This document shows, in pieces, positions 50,420 to 64,000 of a DNA stretch of 64,000 nt. Under the pieces are notes generated by a model, which was given only the letters and a program-made list of their open reading frames with translations, was not told the DNA's origin and did not search any database. The DNA comes from the human T2T-CHM13v2.0 reference genome, Homo sapiens. Positions within the stretch are counted from its first letter, which is position 1. Every line of letters begins with the position of its first letter. The DNA lies in the NCBI RefSeq assembly GCF_009914755.1, contig NC_060926.1; one strand, given 5' to 3'. Both the position numbers and the translations under genes were made by a program.

Positions 50420-50474
50420 TTGCCCCTCCTGCACCACCCCACACTGCACCGCTGCCCCCCCCCCCCCACCCCCT
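50420..50474. repeat. C-rich tract with a long poly-C run
   Basis: gcccctcctgcaccaccccac...(C)13 acccc. Confidence 0.85.
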
Positions 50475-53400
50475 TGCTCCATTAATGTGTTCTTTCATAG
50501 AGGCGTGGCAAGTTTGTCTATATTGAAGAAAGCCTATCTGGAATAGTCATTTAGTGTAATGCTGTTTAGAGTATTATAACCACTTGATGGCACCCTTTGA
50601 TTTGGTACAAACCTCATTAGCCATAGCACAGTGCAGCATAGTAGTTGTAATGGAATAACACATAAGAACTAAAGACTGCAAGGTATCTGGTTAATGTAGA
50701 GATGAAATGAATGCAATAGCAAGGCTAAGCTTTCCTGACCCTTCATGAAAGAATAGATGAAAAAAGGAAGAATAAGCTATTGTGCCAAAGGGAGATGATG
50801 AAATTCAAGATCCACACACATAATCTCTGGCTCAGCCTCTGAAATGTTAATCCCTGGGTAGAATTATTTGAGCTATAGATTGCAATTTATCATCAAAATG
50901 GCACTGTGTCAAACAATACTTTTTATATGTGTGGTGTTTAGAACTATCCAATTTTAATATAAAATGGTTCACAGAGCACTGGCTAATATTTAAGTAGCAA
51001 CTCTTTAAGGTTGTGATTTGGGGGAATGGAGTAGGATGGTTTCTTTACATCAAAATATGAATTGTGTTTTAGATAGAAGGCTTTGGGAGAATTTTTTTCT
51101 TTTTCTCAGTGACAGTTTATTTTTAATGCCAGGAAAAGGGATTTTTAAAGAATGCCTCTTTTAAATTAAGTGGTTTAGAATTGTTTTCTTTCATAGACAA
51201 ATGATGTTTTTGTAATTATACAATAATTCTGTAATTTTTTCTAACATTGCTTAAAAATATGCTAGCTGATGAAATGTTATATATTTAAAGGTTTATGTGG
51301 TCTTTCCTATTCCAATATAAAATATTTGTATGTTTTCTCTTATTTAAATCACCCAACTTCTGCCCACTAGGGAGTGGAGTCATAATTCGTATGTGTTGTG
51401 ATGTTTTTTCCCTTAAAACCAAATTCTTCCAATTAAAAGAACTAAACTTTGATAGTATAGGTGGAGGGGTGGGTATTGCATATGTCTATTAATCTGTCAC
51501 TCTGAGTAATACTCATGTTATGGACTTTTCCTGTGTACCAAAAAAAAAACCCTGTTGTTATTTTCTAGAAAATTAGGAAACTTAAAATAACCCTGTTTCT
51601 GGAATCTAGAAGCTTGAAATTCCAGTTTAACTATATATTTTTCCTTTAAACTTTATCATACTAATTTATAAGAGGCTTTTTTTGCCTCCTTTCACTTAAG
51701 AAAAGCAATTATTTTCTGTTATTACTAAGAAATTATTTTACTTAATTTTGTTTTTATATTCTTCTTACCTGTTTCTGAAGGTTTGCCAATAAGCTTGATC
51801 TTTAACAGAAACCTATATTTAATTTACACCTAATAGATCATACCATTCCAGTACCTTCATTACTAATTGCAGATGTTGAAGGCATGCTGTGACCCTGTTA
51901 GATGTATTAGATGCTGTAGCACAAATCTATGAAACGCCACTCATCTGTGCATGAATAATTCTGTGTTACCATATTTTAGCTCTGGTGGGAAAAATATTTG
52001 ATTTACTGGTGGTAGGGAACATGAGAGGAGTCACTGTGAAAAGCATATGTCCTGTGAAAATGTCTTGTCTTTGGCAGCTGTCTTCTTTTAGTGATCATGA
52101 AGAGTTAAACCTTAGATCCAGAGTCACACCTATGGAGACTAGAAGTTGTGCATGTTTGAGATATTGCTGGCCCTTTATAATACCCAGTCATCAAGAACAG
52201 ATAGTATGGAGTAGTCTTTTGGCTGTTGCCATTAATAAGAGTGCTCTGTGAGACTGCATAGCCATTTCAAATTGTTTTTGGAGGCAAAGGGTTCAGAATG
52301 TACATTAGGAAGACACAAACACATATATATGTAGTAGAAAAAGACCTTGGAATTCCTAACTTGGTAAAATATTACAAAGTTGCTTCATCTATTTACGTAA
52401 TTACATCTGCTGACGTTTTAATTTAAATGCCACCTAGAAAGTTGATAGAGTTAAGTTTAGCTGAGTGTTTTAAAAATGTGACTTTCTCAACTATGTAACA
52501 CTTCTCCACCCACCCACCCACCAAAAGGCCTACTCCCTGCTTTCTGTTTCTGAGGACAGAATGTTATAAAGGACGGTTAGTGCCTCAAACGTGCACAACC
52601 TCTGATCTTCAGAGGTCTGGCTCTGGATTTAATTCTTAACTATTCATGATCACTTAAAGATGACAGCTGCCAAAGTCAAGATTTCAGTAACCTTTTAAGT
52701 AAGCTCCTGGTTCCACACGGAGTGCCAATGCATACATCTTCCAACCCACTGCACTGGCAGTCTCATACCCAATGCTGAATACAGTGTTCCAGCCTGGTGC
52801 CTTTCAGCACACACAAAACTGATCAATGTCCAATTTTATCCAACCACCCACACTAAATATGAAACCTCGTGATGCTGTCACAGATGCCTGCAGGGTAGCA
52901 CTCCTGCAAATTTTAAAAAACATGAGATTGTTAAAACAACTAGGAAAAACCCCTTTCTGATGCCAGTTACCTAAAACTTACTTGTTTTTGAAGTAGCACC
53001 TTTAGTTTTCTATATGATGTCAGCGAATATAATTTGTTGAGAAAAATGTTTCTTACACATTGTTTTTCCACATCCTCCTAGTTTTATAGGCCTTATTAAA
53101 TAGTTTCAGTGAGCCAGTCTTTGAAATAAAGCCCAGGTGAATATTTATATTTCCACTGTAGCAGCAGCATGCATTCTTGATGATTGACCTTTACCCTGAC
53201 ATAATGTCGTCTTGTGACATTGAATGAAATAAATGAAGAAACTAGTCCTTGGCTTGATTTGTATTGGCAGAAGAAAGCAAACAGAGTGGTTTGTCAGGTT
53301 GCTAAAAACGTCAAAATACAGTTCTGGGACAATTTCTAACACAAAGGTTTTTTGCTGTTTGTTTTGTTTTGTTTTTTAAATAATGTGTGGGTGGTTGGAT

Positions 53401-54064
53401 GTTCTTTGAAAAAAGCACACATTTGAAAGGAAATTGAATTCCAGCAGTACCTGTATCAGATAATAATAGGAAGTAAATTGTTTCCCTTTATTTGAAGTTG
53501 CATTTTATTAGTCAGATGCTTGTTGGTGGCATGTTTAAACATTAAACATTTAGAGAACTGCACAGCTTTACAGAAAATAGTGTTACTTTATATAAGGATT
53601 ATGTATTATTAAAAGAAATAAGGCTCTACTCCTATAAACACTTGTTGTGTTGTAACTTTAGTAATCATTAATTTTAAATAATTTTCGTTTCTACATGTAA
53701 GTTATACACGGTATAACAGAACTCCATTTGAAAAGTAAGGTCTAAAATATTTTTGTGTAATTCTCTTGTTACTTTATAGATTTTGGCTTTGCAGACAAGT
53801 TGACTATTTCCACAAGAGGTACCCATCAATGAAATATCCTGTTTTGTAGATGTTAGTGTTTATACCATTATTAAATGAGTACAACCCTATTCAATTATTG
53901 TCTCTTGTGTTTTATCTTGAAAGCATTGCTTTCAGGCAGTTAATCTATTTCAAATTAGTGTTGTAATATTTTTGTTGTTTTAAGTTATAACTCACTATTA
54001 TGTTATTCCATAACCTTAAAACCTAGTTTCCCAATATAGATGTGGGTTTCTGGATTAAAATAAT

Positions 54065-54245
54065 CAAATCACAGAAATTTAGAGCTAGAAGAAAACTTAG
54101 AAATCATAAAATTCTCCTTGCTCATTTTCAGATAAGGAAACTAAGATATCATCTGGTAACTAGCCCAAAGTCATATTGCTAATGAGTGGTAAACTATTCA
54201 TTTTCATTCATTTTCTTCACTCCCAGACTGAGGTTCTATATACCA
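54065..54245 (-). mobile_element. MIR3/MIRc fragment
   Basis: 'tagagctagaagaaaacttagaaatcat...ctcattttcagataaggaaact...gcccaaagtca'. Confidence 0.6.
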
Positions 54246-57200
54246 ACTTTAAGTAGTACATGTATGTGATAACATGCTTTTAAATGTTTGCTTTTTATGC
54301 TTCTTCAAATAGTTCTAGAAAAATTGAATTTTTTAAAGAAAAAAACCATTTGTAATGAAAGGTTTTTAAGATAAACATCAGTTTTACTGAGGTAGATAAT
54401 TTGATAGTATTTAAAGAAAATAAGACCAAAACAGCCAGCAGCCATATCTGGCTTATTCATTTAAGTTCAATGCATGTGATTCCCTGCTTCAGATCATGTG
54501 CTGCATATACTAGCTACATTTTAAAATCTAAAATCCCACTTAATCATACACTTTGCTAATATTTTTGGAAAATACATTTTTGAATAATATAAGAACATTT
54601 TAGTTTCATTTTAAAAGATGGTTATTATAAAGTTTTAAATTCTGTAATCGAGTGAAAAATATCTGACGTTAAAAGTTTTAAAAATAAAAAATAGGTTATG
54701 ATGTCAAGTTTGTTAGGTAACAAAGTTTGATTAAACTTTCCAAGAGAAAAATTTTAATGATGTTTTAAATACCTGTAAGAGGCTACTTTAAGTTTTCTTT
54801 ATAGAATGATTACAATATATAGTTTTATATTTACAAATTAGTAAAATAAGGAAGTGTAGCAATATAATTTAGTCAAGAATACTGCCCAAATGTTATTTAG
54901 TAATATTTATAATGGTAGTTTAGATATCTAGAGATTGCTTTAAAACAGGGTTATTTTTAATGTTAATGTATAAATTTCCATCCTGGCCAAAAAATAACAC
55001 TCAGCAGCAATACTTGTTCTCTTCATATCGCTAATTAATTAGAAGTTTGCTCATAAAGTGTTTCAGAATTTCTGAATACAGTTGTGTTATACTCAGCCTT
55101 CTTGCCATCCAGATACAACATTAGACACTTTGTTATATATAGGTTAAACTTGGATTAATATTGGTTTACAAGTACTACTTACAGTTATTTCAGACCTCTG
55201 CATCTACTTTTAAGGTATGTCAGTTGATACAGTTAATTAAAGTACTACATATGCTGCTGTCTAAGCCAATTTAAATAGTAGGGAATGTATTTCCAGTTAT
55301 GTGAGCTACAGAATGATGGTACTATAACATGAGATCTCCCCCTCTAAGCCAGTAATGTTCTACAGTCCAGATATATTAGTGCCTTTCTTTTCTCTTCTTT
55401 TTAAATAGCTGCTTCTTGTGGAGCAGGGCTAACTCCTAGGCAGTGAGCCCAGAGTCAGATGTATTAGTGGTTCATATTCTCGTTTTCAAAACATCTTGTC
55501 TTTTTTGTTTAGTTTTGGAATGGCAGAAATCTAACTACATAATTGATTTCTGCACTTAGAAGAATGCTTTACAAATAGTAGATCCTCAATGATGTTTGAT
55601 AAACGAACTCATCACTTATTTATATACTATATTTATGGATTTTTAAAAAATTTGACCTTACTCAGCTATTTAATTTTTCATGTGATAGTCTTGTATCTCT
55701 CTGCTAATTTTAGGCTGCTACTTAAAGTTTGAAAGGGTGTGTCTTTTTGTACACTCAAACAATACCCAGCAAGATGCTATGTGTTTATAAATACCCCAAT
55801 AAATGGGTGTGTATCCAATTGATTTCACTCTCAGTATACTTAGAGTGAGATATTTAAGTGCTGCTTACCTACAGTGTTATTAGTTTTATGACTGAAGAAG
55901 ACATCTATTGTAACAGATTCTGTGAATTAGATGTCAGGAATAGTATGCAAATAAAATTGATAGGTTTTTTTTTTGTTCTTTAGACTTATTTTTTATTAGC
56001 ACTTAGTGTATCTTTAAAAATTTTAATATTTATTACACAGCCAACATAATGACAATGCTACGTATATTAAAAAGGAAAATTATCTATAATTCCATCATAT
56101 CAATAAATTGATTTTAATTTAGCATTTTTCTTTCGAACATATACATGTTGTATAATTTTTTTAGGGTGCTATTTGTTTGCATTTAGGGTAGATTAAGTTC
56201 ATAAATTCATTAATGTTATTACATTTCTTATTTTAAAAGATGCCTTATGCCTAGGTCATATGAGTGCTTTTAGAACTGATATTTTTGGATAGGTATAAAA
56301 GATCAATGTGTTTATTAACTAAACATATCCACAATGATTGACTTTTTTTCAACCACTCACAAAACTGCTTTGCAGGTGTGAGCTTTGAGGGGACCTCCAT
56401 TTCCGCTGCAGTGACTCTCACTTTGGAATTTACTCCAGAGACAGCTTGAACTAGTGAAAATCTATAGGGCTTTGGATTATTATACAAAACCCATCATTCA
56501 CCCAGTCTTTTGCAATGGTCATGTTGATTCAAGGACAGTTTTTGTGACTAGGTTCAGCGTTGAGTTTGGAAGTAGATTTCAGTGCATATATGTCAACAAG
56601 TAGATCATATAAAATGAAAGTGATGACTAGGGGTGTGTGTGGTAAAAATGAAATAAAGTTGAAGGGAACCACCTGGGATTGCTCAATTTAATTTGGTGGA
56701 ATGGTCTTATTACCTTTCAGGATATTAAAAAGAATAAGTCTAAATTGGCAGTGATTCTTATTTTGTAAATAATAGCTCTATGCTGCATATGATCTACGAA
56801 ATAAAGAAAAGAGAAATGGAAAACACTAAGTGTCTTTATTCTCCAATGGGGAAAAATACAAGAGAGGTATAATTTAACTCCAATAGAAATAAACAATGGT
56901 TGCCAAACATGTGTTAAGAAGGAGGAAAAATAAGAGGAAAAGGAATCTGTTTTTATGTCAGAGGAACTATCTGTGAAGTTAAGGCCTGGATTTGAAGTCT
57001 TACTTGATATAGTTTTGTACACAAGTCTTAGAATGTCCAGATCATATGTGGCCAGTATTTCTTATCTTTGCTCTCCTAATTTCCATCCTTTGTTTAACTC
57101 TTTCTTTATAAGTTGTTGTCTTCGCAATTTAAGAATAAAACAGAGAGCTGAGAACTGACTTCAAATCCAGCCTTTTCTTCTCTTTTCTTTAGTGGCTGGT

Positions 57201-60200
57201 TTCTAAATAATCCACAGCATTTTCCCCTATAAATCTTTATTTTTCTTCACTCCACTCTGTGTTGGTGGACATGATTAGTGAAAATCTACTCAAAAGTCAG
57301 TCACAATATGGTTAAATTATATTCCTGGTTTTGACTGCCTGCACCCTTAAATCAAAATAGGTGTTGTGAGAAACAAAATTGCTACAACTAGTATTTCTTG
57401 GTAGCTTGATAAATAGTTTTATTTAGAAAAGTGATTTTATAAAAATTATGAAAAGATAGAATAGACAGCATTTTACATTTCTCACTAACTCTTCTTATGT
57501 ATTCATATATTAAGTAAACTTTTCTTCAAACTGAATATTGTTTTTAATCATTGTACATGTGAAAAGTAAAAACACTTTAAGTGACTATGTGTCAGATTAA
57601 ATTTGGGTACTACTTTCAAATACCCTAAATTTGAGGAACTCCTTTTGCAATATAACTTTTTATTCTGATTGCTCAAAATTTATGTTTTTTAAAAAAGTCT
57701 CTATATTTAAAAATTAGATAAAATAATCATGTTTGCTTATACCATATTTACTATTGAATCTTCTTTAAACTTTTTATCATCTTACTGAAATTAAAATACT
57801 AAACAGATAAGTCACAAAGCCTATTTTTGGATAAAGAGAGAAAGGTATTCAGCATTTTTCTAGTTTCTAAAAAGGTGGAAAAACTCTACACTTCAAACTA
57901 CTTAAATGTTTTTATTGTTTGTGAGCCTAAAACATGTATAAACCCTTTCTTTTACCACGTGTGTATTTAAATAAGCAACACTTCATATCTTCTCCATATA
58001 AAGTGAAATATTTCCTTAACACTAACACAAGTTGGTTCTCAGCCAAACCAAATAGAAGAATGAATGCTTTGTTAATCATTCGTAACTAATGTGTGTATAC
58101 ACAGAAAAAAAAAATCAAATCTGTTTTTGACATGAATCTTTTGATGGAATTAGCAAAAGAAAAAAAAAGGAACTTTTTAGCACAGGTCAAGCCTCTTTTA
58201 ATTTATGAGCATAAAAGTTATTTTTAAAAAATCAATACAGGCACATGGTAACAAATCCAACAGTATGGAAGAACTCGTAAGGAAAATTAACATTCTCCTG
58301 CCTCTTCCTTCCTCCCTCCATCCTACCCCATTGTGGTAGTCTCTTAATTGCTTCAGATTCTAGTTCTTCAGTGGTTTCATCCATGGTTCTAGTTTTATAT
58401 ATTAATAATATGATTGTACTATATTTCATAATTATTTCATGATTTATCAACTTAGGCAACATTTATTGAATCTCCTATTCAGATTGTACATGGGTGGCTG
58501 GGAGCATTTCAGAAATTTAAGTAGGTATTCTCTGCTTATTCCCTCAGTCCAACTCCTTTCTCCATAAGGTTCTTAAGGCATCAGTACAGTATAGTTCCAC
58601 TGTACCCACCACTGTTCACACTACCTCTAAAACTGGCTTTACTCTCATGCTCTTCACTGTCTATGCTTGCTCTCTGATTCCTTTCCATTTTTTCCCTTGT
58701 TAATAATATTTGCCTCTTTTTGTATTAAAATTGAATAAATCATAGATTAAAGTTAGGAAACTTGTATACTTTTCCTTTTAAAAATATACAAAATGCATTT
58801 TAAAAAACATGTATAGCCCAAAGTAATTGTATTTTGTTTTGTTTTAATTTTCCCCCTGTGGGTCAGTGTTCCTGGATTTCCTGCCCTTCCTTAATAGATA
58901 ATAGCCTGAAGAAAAAATTTTTGACTTTAAAAAACTGAAAAGGCAATCATAGTATAAATTGGACTTGATTTTATGCTCTAAGATTGTAACATTGTTCTCA
59001 CAGAACTCTTTAATATGAAGAGAAATAATAAATTTTGTAATGTCAGACTTTTCTGCCCTTCTGCCCCTTCTGCTTGGTTCAGCTGGTCCTTTCTATTCTT
59101 TTCCTAATAAACCTCTTTAATATAATTTGTCCTTGCCCACCATCTTTTGCTAGGAGATAATTCCAATTTAAAATGGTAATCAGGATAAAAATGGAGCTTG
59201 GCATTTAATTTTAGGACTTTACTTTTACTAGAATACATCAGTTACTTCTAGAGATTCCTGTACTGACTTCAGTCCTTTTTACAGAGCTTGTTTGGGACTC
59301 TGCCTAGAAATATGCATAAAACTGTGTGACACTGCCTAAGTCTTCCTTTTCAGCATTTTATGAATTACCTTTGTTAATTTATGTTACTGACAAAATTGAT
59401 TGCACCTCTATGGTTAAGTCAGAATTTCTGCCTTCAAAATAGGGGTATTAGATTGTGGATCAAGATGACTAGGTTATCATCAAATAGGTCACCTTTTAAT
59501 ACACAATAAGAGCTGACTAGTAATGTTTTATACCTTCCTTTTTTCATTTAACCATATACATGGATACTTTTTAAGAATGCAAGAAATACACTCTAAAAGT
59601 TTTACTGTGTCTTAATTCTTTCCACACATAAAACGTAATTTTGATTGTTAAGATTTTAAAATGTAAAATTTTAATCATGAATGCATCCTGTTTTATTCAA
59701 AGTTCCAATGCAGCTTAATACTTTGACTTCCATAGCATATACCATTTACAAAACACTTCCATGTATTTAATGGTACTGGATTCTCTCAAAAACCCTATAA
59801 ATAAAGCCTGTGGATTGTGTGTTGTTCATTAATGGTTTAATGAAGTTTAAATTTTTATCTTAAACACCTCTTTCCATGACTTCTGACTTTTTTTTTTTTT
59901 TTTAAATTTCTAAGACCAAACAGAGGCAGATCTTTTTCTTTGTCTCCTAAGTTCTCCCTCCTCCGTAGGCCCCCTCTCTGGAAACACACACACATATACA
60001 CTGTTTTAAAACCCAATGAATAAAAGTACAGTGGTTTTATCTTCCCTAGCTCCCGTGAAACTTTGGAGCCCTATGAAAGGATCCTATTCTGTTGTTATAA
60101 AGAGACAAGCATTTGGGAAAACCTTACTAAATTATTTCTTTTTTGTCCTATCCTGTGAACATATCCTGACTGGTAAAATATGAACATGTAGACATCAAAT

Positions 60201-60814
60201 ACAAATTTCTGTTTGTTTGTTTTTTAAATGTTCAAATACTGCTTACAGTTCTGACTCTTAGCTATGCATGGCTTTTGTGTCAGATTACTTTGCGTGCAGC
60301 AACCTGGTGGTAGTTGTTGCTTGTATTATAATTTGAGCACCAACAGCATACTGGATGCCACACTAGACACATCCCAGCCCCACGGGCACCAGTTGATTGG
60401 CAGAAAGCTACTCCCATAGAGTGGTAATAATTGCAGAAAAGCAAAAGGAACTGAAATGAAATTTTTATCAATAGTTAACCTGAAATAACCCTTGCTAGAT
60501 AATGTTCTCCAAGTAAAAGTCTATTTAAGGCTTTAGTTCTCAAAGATACTACCTGTTAGTGTACTTATCTTTGCTACTGTGTTAATGAATAAATAAAAAT
60601 ACGCCAATCAAGTGTACTGCTATAGTATGTGAAGAGCCAAGTTCATTGTACACTTCAACACAACCTTTTTTACTTAATAGGCAAACTTTTGCCTGTTAAT
60701 TGTGGATGGAGGATACCCAGGCATGAGCTCTTTTGGGCCTGCATCTATCTTTTTTAAAAAACAAAAAACAAAAATACAAAACTGTAAATGAAAACAGTAG
60801 TAGAACTGTTGATA

Positions 60815-60960
60815 GGATTTGAATTCCTATAGCTATCTATGCCTTGATAAACTTACAGCATGTTTAAACTTTCTGGGTCTAAGTTTCCTTCTTCATCTGT
60901 AAACAGGGGTAATAGTACCAGCCTTAACTATTTAACAAGGTGTCAATGCAGATCAAATAA
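60815..60960 (+). mobile_element. MIR
   Basis: 'agtttccttcttcatctgtaaacaggggtaatagtacc'. Confidence 0.55.
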
Positions 60961-61145
60961 ACAAGAGTATCAAACTAGGTAACTAAACAAATGATAAAAA
61001 TGGCCATTAACTTTCTAAGTGCTGTAAGATCAAATGGAGTGAAAATAGATCATTTTTTAAAATAAGGCATATCTGGAATATATGGAAATAGGGAAGGAAA
61101 TATAAGTAGAATTGAAAGATAATTTTTGTTTCACAGAAAAATAAA

Positions 61146-61461
<316 letters not shown>

Positions 61462-61529
61462 TCAATTCTCTTTTCCTGTAGACTGTTAGATACAGTCAGT
61501 TGTCTGCCTCTTTAGAGACTAGTATACTA

Positions 61530-61720
61530 GTTGTGGTGGTTTAAGAGTGTAGGCTCTGGACATTTCCTACCTGTGTGATTCTGAGAAAGTCGATGAACTT
61601 GGCTTTTACCTCAATTTACGTATCTATAAAATGAAGATAATAATACACCTATTTCATAGAATTTTTGTGCATTAACATGTGCTTAGAACAGCGCCAGACA
61701 CATGGTAAATTGTCATTGTA
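61530..61720 (+). mobile_element. MIR
   Basis: 'ggtttaagagtgtaggctctgga...tctataaaatgaagataataatacacctatttcataga'. Confidence 0.7.
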
Positions 61721-61783
61721 ATTTGTGTTTTTTTTATCTGACTTAAGCAGTAGCTAGAGTTATAGAAATTCATGCTATAGGAA

Positions 61784-62096
<313 letters not shown>

Positions 62097-64000
62097 CTAT
62101 AGGAAATGTCACATGGTGTCTCTAGTCTTTTCTATATGTGAGACATAGTTTTTAAGCTTTCATATTAGATACTCTAAAGGAAAGATGTATGGTTAGAGTT
62201 GGTAGTTTATACAACTTTTATAGGGAGCTGTGTAGTAGATGTTCCATACAAACCATGTTATTCATAATTACATATTGAAAAGGTTCCCTGTAACCAGGTA
62301 CATTATCTATATGAAATGTTAGTAATTTGAAATGTTGAATCTTGCATTTTAACAGTATTTGCTGATTTTTATCTGAAAATATTAATTGGTCTTTATGTTA
62401 CCTCTTTTTTGCACACTGTATTTTAGAGAATTATACTGTAACTATATATGACTGTTCAGTTTTAAATTGTAATAGTTAATTATGACTTTTAAACTTCGGA
62501 AAGTTTAAAATATTTTTATCACCCTGGAGCTGAAAAGTACTTTAAAAATCACCTGCCTACCTTCCTGCTCTTAGACAATGCTGTGCCTAAGACATCACAG
62601 AAAGCTATGGTAATTACCTATATGATTTTTTTAATCTAAAGAAAGAAGATCCTACAAATTGCCCTGAGGCAAGCTCAACACTACACAAATATTTAAGTAT
62701 TTGATTATACTGGAAACTATGAAGTTGGGGCATCAGTATGAGGACCTGAATACCTTCTTACCCTCGCCTTTGAATTACCTATAGGGGGAAAACAACTCTT
62801 TAAAAAACAACCTAATCTACTCAGTACAAAAGCAAGTATGGCACCAGAATATGAAAGTTCAAGGAAAAAAAGCGTGTACTCTAACAGTGGTGTTTTATCT
62901 ATATCCTTCAGGTAATTTTGGAGTTGGGCATATAAGCTGCTAGAATACCTACCTGGAGGAGGAGATGAAATGTTCCATGTGGCCACCTTGTCTCCTTTAG
63001 AGACTGTCACATTCAAAGTATATTGACCACATTAAAAGTACTCGTGGTAGAAAGCAAAGGTGCTGTTTCGTCACCTAAAGGTGAAAACGTGCTGTCTGGA
63101 ACTTCGAAAAACTCAAGTATTCAATAATTTTTATGCCAGTCATGTCCAGCCCATAATTGGGTCTTTCGTCTCCACCTCTCTGCATAAACTGAATGTCCCT
63201 TGTCCTTTTTTGTAGTGATGGCAGTGATGATGCTTGAATTTTGAAGCCATAAATGTGATGTGTTAACCCTAAATGGTCCTCATGTATAGGAGTGTCCTTG
63301 AAAAAAATCTCATCTACCTCATGATTTAATATGATATAGTGTCTCTGGCAGTAGATAACCCAGCTTTTCTTTCTTTCTTTAATGTTACTTGTAACAAAAT
63401 CTTTAGTCACCAAATCTAGTGACTCTTTAAAGAATGTTAATATCAGAAAGGTTTTTTGTTTCCTTTTTTTAATGGTGAGAGGGCAGTGGTTTTTAGTTGC
63501 ATAGGATAAAAATTCCAGGACTGTATCCTAAGATTTGCTGGTTAAATAATTATAAAGACCATTGGATTGTGTTTTATACTGGCAGTTGTCTGGAGACTAT
63601 ATAAACTGTATCGCTGGGAAGAAATGTGGATGTAGTTGTTGTGAAACAGCCTAAAACAAGCTAGTGATTTATAAATCTTAGGGTTTTTGTTCTATTTTGT
63701 TTTTGGCAAGAGTGGTGGTCAATGAAGCATTTGAAGGTGTTTCTCTGCAACCTTACTAACAGATTGTAAAGAAATGACCATATCCTGCCACATATAGGTG
63801 TTTTTCAAACAGATGTTAGTATGAAGACACAAAACAATGTATTACAACCTGTTCTTTAATGTCTATGAAAGAAGCTTTGAGTTCACTTTCATTTTGGGCA
63901 TACCAACCATCACCCTTCATGAAAGGCTTAGTAGAACTAGATGAGATCCACAGCATTCACAGGGTCACTTTCAGTTATCCTTTTAGTCAACATTGGACAA

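Noticed and set aside
56360-56385. tttgcag|gtgtga recursive-type motif
   Set aside because: Poor pyrimidine tract and weak regenerated donor
60300-60318. 12-nt match (ctggtggtagtt) to the 58-nt exon, also CTCF-like
   Set aside because: Too short; no splice context; several mismatches to the CTCF core

Overview
Primate (human-like) genomic DNA from inside the EHBP1 gene (EH domain-binding protein 1), transcribed on the + strand. Three short internal coding exons of the N-terminal NT-C2 domain are present (10462-10519, 27333-27428, 34406-34459), all with canonical AG/GT boundaries and none in the supplied ORF track. The rest is intron. It holds a full-length, ORF1/ORF2-disrupted antisense L1PA4/5-like element (12057-18203), a 5'-truncated sense L1PA15-like element, about 20 Alus, a THE1 LTR plus internal fragment, MST/MLT LTRs, many DNA-transposon fossils and L2/MIR relics. 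A repeat-poor stretch lies at about 49.7-60.8 kb. Best leads: (1) the antisense L1 keeps an open, extended ORF0 whose internal splice donors are in frame with the next EHBP1 exons (candidate ORF0-EHBP1 fusion from the L1 antisense promoter); (2) a textbook recursive-splice motif at 62911/62912; (3) two MADE1 palindromes bracketing the 58-nt exon; (4) a tandem duplication of the branch point/3' splice region of the 96-nt exon; (5) a probable Alu-L1 template-switch chimera. Repeat subfamily names and exon numbers come from recalled consensus sequences and gene structure, not from a database search. All functional leads are untested inferences.
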